Position numbers and translations under genes: made by a program | Virus record (IMG/VR): IMGVR_UViG_3300043438_001628 | From: an uncultured virus (IMG/VR IMGVR_UViG_3300043438_001628) | Taxonomy: Duplodnaviria > Heunggongvirae > Uroviricota > Caudoviricetes | Length of the DNA stretch: 64,000 bases | Reading direction: 5' to 3' (one strand) | Shown: positions 56,326-64,000 of the stretch, in pieces | Layout: each line of letters opens with the position of its first letter | Numbering within the stretch: the first letter of the stretch is position 1 | The notes under the pieces: model-generated | Told to the model about the DNA's origin: nothing | The model's database searches: none | Seen by the model: only the letters and a program-made list of their open reading frames with translations

Positions 56326-58542
56326 ATGGAAACTGTTATTAAATCATTATCATCGTTGACTTCTAAAATATGGAAGTCAAACATGGATAACACATCGTAT
56401 AAACAGGTTAAGCGAACTTACCAAGACGGGTTCTCTTTTAATTTTCCATTCGCTTTATCGGGATTCAACGATTTTAAAACGAAAGAATACTCCAACTTAT
56501 ATCTAACCACAAATATGCAGGCGTCTTGGTTCATGGATTTAGATGATTCAACTATATCTGCTCCAAAATTGATGACATACTTACAAAGTGGGTCGTTGTA
56601 TTTATCTAGACCAAATCCTTCAAGCACAACATTCGACAGCTTTGCCATCAAATTCGACGAAGAACTAAGTGACAACACATATTTTGATATTGAATTTCAC
56701 ATACCTAATTTATGCACAGTTTCATTCGTGGATTCTGGCAAGAAATACTTTTTAGCAAATGATGCAGGCTCTTTGAAATTTATTTGGGATGTTCATTTAC
56801 CAACAGCGATAAACGCAGCCAATCCGCAGTATTTTAAGTGTGTTTATAACGACAAAAAAGAGTTATATCTGATTAAAGACATAAATGGGAATAATAACTT
56901 AGTTAAAAAGACTGATGATACATTAACTTTCGTCGAACTGAGTGCAGGTAATAAAACTCTAATACTGAACAACTACTTCAAAGTATCTAGAAATAATGAG
57001 TATATCTTAAACAGAACACCCAACAGCTCTTTTATAACATATTTAAATAATTCAAATGATATAGATTATTCTAAAAGTGTTTTTGATCTTAATAATAACT
57101 TTTTAATACATTCTCCATATTCATCTGAATACAAAGATGTAATAGTTCTCAAAAATCAACTGAGCGTGAATGAAACATTCACAAACGCTCAGAATTTACT
57201 ATCATCCGGTTATGATATCGCAGTTGATAATTTCAGAAACTATACCAGTATAACATCCCCAATAGATTCTGAAAATTCTTCTGAAATCAATTTAAATTAT
57301 GTGTTTTATAACAAACCTTATGTTATAAGACAGGGAATTACAGAATTTGATGCTCCATCCAGCATGTATCCATTTTCAAATTTGAATATTAATGATAGTA
57401 GGTTCATCGACGCTGGAGCATACGCATTCGATACTCCTCTATATGCAGACAAAGTGTTTCAATTAAACACAAATAACTATGCAAATGACGGAAAAACATA
57501 CTTATGCACTTGGTTATCTGGATCAAACTCCAATAAAGTATGGGTTGATAGATATTATTACCCGGATTTAATATCAAAACGAGCAGCACTTTCACAAAAA
57601 TGCGTATTCGATATAACTTACGAGCAAGCTATTGAAAAACTAATAGCCACTAACAGTTCATTGAGTTCAACAATCGCAAAAACTGCAATTTTTGATAAAA
57701 GAAGCGATTTAAGCTTTAAACCTAATCAAAAATACACATATCACAGATTTGACAACAGTGCAATATTCGAAACTATATCAGCAACTAATACAGTAGCGTG
57801 TGGTGTGAATATAGTGCCTTACAATTATCAATCACTGATCAACGATTCTGGTAAAGTAACCATATCGTTTTATTTCAAAGGAGACGATCCTGAATGGACA
57901 ATCCAAAGTCTTCGAAATAACATAGACGCAGGTGTTAAAATCACAAAAACATTCGATCAACTATATTTTGAATATAAATTATTCGACAATTCAAATAATC
58001 AAACCTTGATTTTCTCCACAACTACATCATATAAAAAATATAAAGACAACTTTATATGCTTCAGCTATGATGCATTGACAGGAATTGGATTCTTTTTCTT
58101 AAACAATCAAAAAATTCTGGATATAAACACGGTAATCGGTCAATTTTCAAATAAAACTCTATTATATGGAAAGTTGTATTATAATGACCAAGATATTTTC
58201 ACAGTGAATGCTATAACTTCTGATATTTTCATATCTGATGAAAAAATAGATGAAAATTTAGCATTCATATTGCCTTTTATTCAAAATAGACAGACTGTTG
58301 ATGATATAACAATAACGCTTCCTTGTGGAATGCGTAATTCAATTGATGATATCACATACCTACAAATGATATGCAACAACAACACGAATAAGAGTAATTT
58401 TATAAATATTTCGATTGATAATATAGGAATAAGCAATCCTGATACTTTAAAAGATCTAGAATCTACTATGTTGGATAAACTTAAACGCCATATCCCAGCA
58501 ACTTCCACTATAAATAAAATAAAATTCACAAACTATATATGA
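56326..58542 (+). CDS. Structural protein, C-terminal LamG/ConA-like region
   Basis: TISFYF...ICFSYD..TG...FFLN. Confidence 0.65.
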   Translation: METVIKSLSSLTSKIWKSNMDNTSYKQVKRTYQDGFSFNFPFALSGFNDFKTKEYSNLYLTTNMQASWFMDLDDSTISAPKLMTYLQSGSLYLSRPNPSSTTFDSFAIKFDEELSDNTYFDIEFHIPNLCTVSFVDSGKKYFLANDAGSLKFIWDVHLPTAINAANPQYFKCVYNDKKELYLIKDINGNNNLVKKTDDTLTFVELSAGNKTLILNNYFKVSRNNEYILNRTPNSSFITYLNNSNDIDYSKSVFDLNNNFLIHSPYSSEYKDVIVLKNQLSVNETFTNAQNLLSSGYDIAVDNFRNYTSITSPIDSENSSEINLNYVFYNKPYVIRQGITEFDAPSSMYPFSNLNINDSRFIDAGAYAFDTPLYADKVFQLNTNNYANDGKTYLCTWLSGSNSNKVWVDRYYYPDLISKRAALSQKCVFDITYEQAIEKLIATNSSLSSTIAKTAIFDKRSDLSFKPNQKYTYHRFDNSAIFETISATNTVACGVNIVPYNYQSLINDSGKVTISFYFKGDDPEWTIQSLRNNIDAGVKITKTFDQLYFEYKLFDNSNNQTLIFSTTTSYKKYKDNFICFSYDALTGIGFFFLNNQKILDINTVIGQFSNKTLLYGKLYYNDQDIFTVNAITSDIFISDEKIDENLAFILPFIQNRQTVDDITITLPCGMRNSIDDITYLQMICNNNTNKSNFINISIDNIGISNPDTLKDLESTMLDKLKRHIPATSTINKIKFTNYI

Positions 58543-60248
58543 TTTCTTATTTCAAATACGATAATGGAAATGCATTCACCATCGACGGAGTGCCATATTC
58601 TGGATATTTCCATGTTTTGAATGGATCTGCATTCTCTGGAAAGAAACCGCTGGGCGATTCTCGTCAATTATCAGCTAATGGTAATTTTTTAAGTGATTTA
58701 TTCATAAGTAAAGCGGTTTTTGATGGCGTTACGCCGAGTATCGATTTAGCTATACCGAATGCGCTGGATATTTTAAACGATAACACATTAACTGAATTAT
58801 TAACTAGAGTTGATGATAATAATTTAAAAATATACCAAAATAGTATATTTATAAATCCAAATAACCTACCATACGACTATAAAAATACATATTTTTACAC
58901 ATTAACATCAACGGAAGCTGATATCAGAACTCCTGATGATTTAATGTATGGTAAAAATGTATATACCCACAGTGATCCATTCAGTTATTCCGAAGAATGG
59001 GCATTTTTGGATAGAGTCACCACTGGATCTTTTATAGTTGATAAAGATGATAATTTCATATATTATTGCGTAGCAGATAACATTACATATACTTTAAGCG
59101 GAACTTTCAACGATCCATCTAAAAAATTAGCAGTGATATCACAATCACCTATAACAGATAATCTAAAAATAGAACAAGATTATGACACTAATGAGTTATT
59201 CTTTTATAAAGAAGATTCATTATCAATATACGACTTATCAAAATATGAAGATTGCAATAATCTATTCTTAAAAGATCAAATATCACTTTCAGCGACTTCA
59301 GAAACCATACCATACTATGCAATGGGATATAATAAACGAAGCGAATATGTGAATGATGTCATTTATATAAAAAATAAATATTCCAACGAGATATTTTTAA
59401 CACTGCCGCTGTATCAACTCAACTTGGATCAATTAATAGGGATAGATATAAGAAAAGAGGATGACAATATCATCATCGTCGGTAAAAAAGACGAAAAGAC
59501 TTACTTTATATTTTTTGATAGTGATAATTACACCGAAACTTTCAGATATGAGGAATTATTATATTCTGAAAATACCACTGCTATTAAATTTTCGGATGAA
59601 GATTCGGATTTCTTCTACTTGATAAAGTCTATAGATAAAATAGACGCATCCGCTGAAGAAAGACCGGATACTGAAATTCGATCATTGCTGAATATCAACA
59701 ATCGATTGTCTAAAACTAGATCATCTAACTTTTTCTATATAAGTGACTATCTTTTCAATACAACTGAAGAAAAAATTAACACTATTCAAATAAAATTCAA
59801 TTCAAATCGAATGAAATCGAATAGTTATAACAACTTGACATATACAACACTGCAAAAGAACGGTTATTTGTATTTCATTATGCATAATATAGGGCGTTTA
59901 TATGTTTCAAAAACTAAAACTTCACTATATCAAAATTTTGTACCTCTAAATTTAGATAAAAAATTCGAGAAATTCAATTGTAATTACAGCAGTTTAGGAT
60001 TATCTTTTAATTCCGCAATTCTAAACTTAATCAGAGATACTTTAAACATAGCAACCGCTGTTGAAAAGGTTAAAACATCAATGGGCGATCTAGCTAATCC
60101 TCTAGATTCGCTCATTCCAACTCCCGAATTACAATTTCAGCTAGAAAATCTATTTTTAAACGGAAACGAAACTATTAATGTTGTTTCTTTACAGCGAATA
60201 TTCACTATCATAAATGATCTACAAAAGAAATTAGTGCATTTATCTTGA
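58539..60248 (+). CDS. Structural protein
   Basis: YSGYFHV N-terminus; operon context. Confidence 0.7.
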   Translation: MISYFKYDNGNAFTIDGVPYSGYFHVLNGSAFSGKKPLGDSRQLSANGNFLSDLFISKAVFDGVTPSIDLAIPNALDILNDNTLTELLTRVDDNNLKIYQNSIFINPNNLPYDYKNTYFYTLTSTEADIRTPDDLMYGKNVYTHSDPFSYSEEWAFLDRVTTGSFIVDKDDNFIYYCVADNITYTLSGTFNDPSKKLAVISQSPITDNLKIEQDYDTNELFFYKEDSLSIYDLSKYEDCNNLFLKDQISLSATSETIPYYAMGYNKRSEYVNDVIYIKNKYSNEIFLTLPLYQLNLDQLIGIDIRKEDDNIIIVGKKDEKTYFIFFDSDNYTETFRYEELLYSENTTAIKFSDEDSDFFYLIKSIDKIDASAEERPDTEIRSLLNINNRLSKTRSSNFFYISDYLFNTTEEKINTIQIKFNSNRMKSNSYNNLTYTTLQKNGYLYFIMHNIGRLYVSKTKTSLYQNFVPLNLDKKFEKFNCNYSSLGLSFNSAILNLIRDTLNIATAVEKVKTSMGDLANPLDSLIPTPELQFQLENLFLNGNETINVVSLQRIFTIINDLQKKLVHLS

Positions 60249-60277
60249 AAAGCGTTTTTTAAGCATAAATACAACTA

Positions 60278-60955
60278 ATGAAATCATTTACTGATCAGTT
60301 TATATCTGATTTATATGGATCTATGTTACATGTTGAAACTCCATCATTGACAGGGGTTGATGTAGTGTATGATGGACTCGGCAATGCATCGTCCTTATCA
60401 GTGGGATTATCAGGAGAAGGCGCTAGAATAACAGGAGCGCTGACAAGTGGCAATGTAGTGTATCCTACTTACCCATCTTTGATTAATTTCATTGATTACA
60501 TTTATCCAATCGGCTCTTGTTTGCTATCTCTAGACAACGCAAACCCATCAATTAGATTATTAGGCACAGTTTGGACGCAAGTCGGTCAAGGTCGTGTAAT
60601 CACTGGCGTAGGAACTGGAACAGACAGCAACGGTGTGGCAAGAACTGTGACATCTGGAAACAATAGCGGCGGTCTTTATCAACAAACACTTTCAGCATCC
60701 AATATACCTGACCACTTTCACTATATAGCAAATACCGTTTCAGATCACAGCACCGATAAAGATTTACTGACTCCTGATAATTATATGGCTCTTGGCGGTC
60801 GGGCAGCAGCAAGCAATTATGCATATGAATTAGAGGGAAACTCTCTAATCCCCACAGTAGGCAAAACATCTGGATTAATCGGAGCAAATCAAACATCACC
60901 AGTCACAACAACAAACCCAACATACGGAGTGTATATTTGGACTAGAATTTCATAA
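60278..60955 (+). CDS. Baseplate protein with gp10-C-like domain
   Basis: IYPIGS...NP...WTQVGQGRVITGVG...PTYGVYIWTR. Confidence 0.7.
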   Translation: MKSFTDQFISDLYGSMLHVETPSLTGVDVVYDGLGNASSLSVGLSGEGARITGALTSGNVVYPTYPSLINFIDYIYPIGSCLLSLDNANPSIRLLGTVWTQVGQGRVITGVGTGTDSNGVARTVTSGNNSGGLYQQTLSASNIPDHFHYIANTVSDHSTDKDLLTPDNYMALGGRAAASNYAYELEGNSLIPTVGKTSGLIGANQTSPVTTTNPTYGVYIWTRIS

Positions 60956-60957
60956 TT

Positions 60958-62016
60958 ATGGCAGACATCTCAATTATAAAACTTAAAGTTAGACGAGGAA
61001 CCGATTCCCAGCGTCAAAGAATAATATTAGATCAGGGTGAATTAGGATTCACCACTGATACACAACGACTTTTCATCGGAAATGGCAGTTTATCAGGTGG
61101 AGTGGTCGCTGGTAATATCACACATCCATTTTCAGAAACTTCAGGAAGTCGAATTAATTTAAGCAATGCCGTTCGAGGTGATATTGTAAATGAAAATGGA
61201 TTTTTATATCAGCTATCTGGTGCAAACTACAATCAATTATCAGCGTGGGTATTTATAGGATCTAAACCCGACAATTCATCCATTGAGTATAATGACAATA
61301 GAGAACTCCAGATTAAAAACAACGGAATAGGAGCTACTAAATTTGCAGCAAACGCCGCATACAACATGGGTGGATTGGTAGCCACTCCAACAAATGGATT
61401 GTCTGCGAATGTGGATGGAATTACATTAACTGTAACTTCAACTAATCAGTTATCAGTATTTAGAATCACCCAAAATCAAATACAATCATCAGCACTTGGA
61501 GATGGATTAACTGGTGGAAGTGGATCTCCGTTAAAATTAAATATCGGAACTGGATTAGGATTCAGCAGCGGTGTTCTTACATTAACAGGAGCATCTACGA
61601 ATTCAGTAGGCGCAAGTGCTATAAGCCAAGACGCAATCGGGTCTGGTTTGTCATTGAGTGCTGGTAAATTAATTGCTGATATCAGAACAGTCAACATATC
61701 AGCATTTTCATTGAATTCTGGTCAATTAAACTTGTTAGCTAGAACTGCTGCATCGCCTAAATTTGCAAATATCTCATACAACGATAATGGTATTATCACT
61801 GGATATACATCAACAATAACACAAACATTCACAGGAGCTGAATCTACATCATCCCCGCTGTCGGTGTTCAATGGTCATATATCTCAAACCGTATATACCA
61901 ATCAGAGCATTTTTAATGTTCTTTCGGGGACATCCGCAATATCATTATCATCAGCTGGATTTGCGGTTATAGATACAGCACTTGGCCAATTCGCTATCCC
62001 GATGTTTAAATTCTAA
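60958..62016 (+). CDS. Tail fibre protein with Mtd-N-like N-terminus
   Basis: KVRRGT...LDQGELGFTTDTQRLFIGNG. Confidence 0.7.
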   Translation: MADISIIKLKVRRGTDSQRQRIILDQGELGFTTDTQRLFIGNGSLSGGVVAGNITHPFSETSGSRINLSNAVRGDIVNENGFLYQLSGANYNQLSAWVFIGSKPDNSSIEYNDNRELQIKNNGIGATKFAANAAYNMGGLVATPTNGLSANVDGITLTVTSTNQLSVFRITQNQIQSSALGDGLTGGSGSPLKLNIGTGLGFSSGVLTLTGASTNSVGASAISQDAIGSGLSLSAGKLIADIRTVNISAFSLNSGQLNLLARTAASPKFANISYNDNGIITGYTSTITQTFTGAESTSSPLSVFNGHISQTVYTNQSIFNVLSGTSAISLSSAGFAVIDTALGQFAIPMFKF

Positions 62017-62029
62017 ATATTTATAATAT

Positions 62030-63550
62030 ATGTCAAATTCAATTGAAATTTTCCAAAACACTCTATTAAAGCTTATCGTGAGACAGGGGGAAGACTCTGA
62101 TCGGAAGCTAATTTTATTAGATACCGGCGAATTGGGTTATGCTACTGATACAAAGCGACTTTTTATAGGAGATGGAGAAACCACGGGCGGAAACGCTGTT
62201 GGAAATAAATATCTAGGAGATGGTGTTCCGACTTCAGTTGGTTCAGCTGCTCAAATTGGTGATTTAGTGTTTGATCCAACTGCTAAAATACTGTATAAAT
62301 TCAATGGTGGTGTATATGACAATCCAGCTAATTGGCTAGCTGTGGGAGCGATATACAGCGCGGGAGAATCATTACAATTCCAAAGCTCAAACAACACCAT
62401 ATCATTGAGCAGCAGCATTTCGGTGGATAGAGTAACGCAGCGTAGCAGTGCATATCTAAATTTACCGGAAAAAACATCATTAAATTCCGTAAACTACAAT
62501 TGGCCAATCGGCGGATTGCAAAATAATCTATTCTTAGGAACTGACGCCTTCGGAAATTTAAGCTGGAAGACTCCACTACCACTGAACACCTATTATGTAG
62601 CTAATTCAGCTAGTAGAATTCCAGTGGGTATGATCACGCCATTCGTATCCGGGGGAGATATACCGTATGGATGGTTGTTGTGCAATGGTCAGCCTGTTCT
62701 CGGAGCAACATATCCAGTATTGTCAGCAGCTATAGGAACCAGATACGGTGGCAGCGGTGGATCTTTTAATTTGCCCGACTTCACAAACAGAACACTGTAT
62801 GGTGTTGTTACTGATCCAGCAACATCAACAACTTTCCGTTTAGCGAGTGGTACCACTATTGGATTAAGTGCGGTTGGAACTAATTTTATCATCAAAGCAA
62901 TTCCTGATAATATCGTTACATCAACTATTACAGTACTAAGTTCGTTATCCGCCACTGTTGGCGGAATCAACATAACAGGCACAGCAGTGACTACACTGAC
63001 TGGAAATATTGAAATTGGGTTAGCTCCTATTATATCACCTGTAGAAATCCAAACACCGTTTAATATTGATCAATATGGTCGTGTAAGTTCAGTTCCTGTG
63101 ACAAATGCTGGAATAATTGCTGGGACTGTAATTAATCCTTCAAGTTACATAAAATTTCTAACAACACCAATTAAAGTAATAGATATAACAGACAATTTCA
63201 CATTTAAAGATAATATAACAGTATTCCCGATTATTCCCGGAATACCTGCAAATGCAAAAACTGTAATCTTGGATTCTTATATCTCAAATACCAACAACGA
63301 TCAATATGTTATTGTTTGTGCATCTTATGATAAATCAAATTTACATTCGATTACAGGCGATGATGTTGTAGGAACCGCAGAATACTTAGTGAGCAGAATT
63401 AGATCAGCTGATTATGGAGCTGGCGTTGTCGCAAATCAATGCATGATACCTCTCAGTTCAAATGGTGTGACATCATCTTTCGGACTAAGAGTAGCTGCTG
63501 AAAATGTATGGGATAATGGCTTCGTTCGTGTAATTGGATACACCCTATAA
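62030..63550 (+). CDS. Tail fibre protein with Mtd-N-like and tail-collar domains
   Basis: GELGYATDTKRLFIGDG; PVGMI...PYGWLLCNG...FNLPD. Confidence 0.8.
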   Translation: MSNSIEIFQNTLLKLIVRQGEDSDRKLILLDTGELGYATDTKRLFIGDGETTGGNAVGNKYLGDGVPTSVGSAAQIGDLVFDPTAKILYKFNGGVYDNPANWLAVGAIYSAGESLQFQSSNNTISLSSSISVDRVTQRSSAYLNLPEKTSLNSVNYNWPIGGLQNNLFLGTDAFGNLSWKTPLPLNTYYVANSASRIPVGMITPFVSGGDIPYGWLLCNGQPVLGATYPVLSAAIGTRYGGSGGSFNLPDFTNRTLYGVVTDPATSTTFRLASGTTIGLSAVGTNFIIKAIPDNIVTSTITVLSSLSATVGGINITGTAVTTLTGNIEIGLAPIISPVEIQTPFNIDQYGRVSSVPVTNAGIIAGTVINPSSYIKFLTTPIKVIDITDNFTFKDNITVFPIIPGIPANAKTVILDSYISNTNNDQYVIVCASYDKSNLHSITGDDVVGTAEYLVSRIRSADYGAGVVANQCMIPLSSNGVTSSFGLRVAAENVWDNGFVRVIGYTL

Positions 63551-63556
63551 TGAAAT

Positions 63557-64000
63557 ATGAGCTTCCCATCCGATGTCAGATTACCAAGTAATGCAAAATA
63601 TGTAGCATTCGTCGATGATAAAAAAGAGTTTAATCCAAATTATGATATTATTTGGAGCTTTCAATATGCTATAACGGGAACAGAAGCTGGATTTTCCACC
63701 TTTTTAACCTCGAAAACTCCAGATTTAACGGCTATTCCGGGTCATTACCTTGGATACAGTGGAAATATGCAAACTGGCGGTATATGCATAGCATTTGATA
63801 CAACTGGATTGTTTGCGTTATCTTCCAGTACTAGAAAAGGAGTCGGATTAAATAGCATAAAGAGAAACAGCATCATTATCAGAGATAATAATGACAATAT
63901 CACACTGTATGAATCTTTATCAAATTTAAATTCGACATTTTTTATAACAGCGTCGTCTAAATCATATAAAACTATGAGATTTAGATACACAAACACTAAT
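63557..64000 (+). CDS. L-type-lectin-like structural protein, 3'-truncated (not in ORF track)
   Basis: Open frame from ATG 63557 to window end; GFSTFL...LGYSG...ICIAFDT. Confidence 0.6.
   Translation, partial: MSFPSDVRLPSNAKYVAFVDDKKEFNPNYDIIWSFQYAITGTEAGFSTFLTSKTPDLTAIPGHYLGYSGNMQTGGICIAFDTTGLFALSSSTRKGVGLNSIKRNSIIIRDNNDNITLYESLSNLNSTFFITASSKSYKTMRFRYTNTN

Larger units (their letters stand above)
17983..62019. promoter_or_regulatory. Recurrent T4-type late box TAAATA 5-10 nt upstream of start codons (about 26 sites)
   Basis: e.g. 21128, 25982, 27782, 29900, 30502, 33317, 36903, 36921, 37948, 38292, 39487, 41153, 45165, 45181, 48621, 49120, 53087, 56314, 60266. Confidence 0.8.

Noticed and set aside
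60958..63550. DGR targeting Mtd-N-like tail fibres
   Set aside because: No reverse transcriptase and no TR/VR repeat pair seen; Mtd-N is only an anchor domain
63745..63996. 83-aa minus-strand ORF at the window end
   Set aside because: Antisense to the open plus-strand frame starting at 63557
21139..64000. Stop-codon reassignment
   Set aside because: Core genes are full length in code 11; TAG (e.g. 48607) and TGA (ATGA overlaps) act as stops

Overview
A 64-kb AT-rich segment of a large T4-like (Tevenvirinae-type) myovirus genome, read in standard code 11. Bases ~540-21080 form a leftward early/accessory region of about 55 small genes. They include three LHREDGPA-repeat paralogs, six YopX-family paralogs, RNA-repair-type enzymes, a lipoprotein serine protease, Pth2, a GIY-YIG homing endonuclease and RmlB; a LAGLIDADG endonuclease lies at the left edge on the opposite strand. 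Bases ~21100-64000 are late/structural: baseplate hub, tail tube and sheath, gp3, large terminase, gp14, putative internal head proteins, gp25, gp6 and tail fibres, interrupted by an epimerase-reductase/RmlA/clamp-loader operon. No portal, major capsid, tRNA, CRISPR or reverse transcriptase gene was seen. Main unexplained structures: (1) two conserved intergenic motifs (B: TAATAAAACGTTAGAc; A: GGAAC(T/A)CTGA), each fused to a -10 box, bracket gene cassettes as B-gene-A and include an apparently empty B-A site; (2) a YopX array with conserved anchors and a variable segment copied between members; (3) a homing endonuclease inserted into pth2 that supplies a recoded replacement N-terminus; (4) nearly all promoter boxes sit 5-10 nt from a start codon with no Shine-Dalgarno (leaderless design), including boxes nested in frame inside ORFs. 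All family assignments are by motif recognition only; no searches were run.
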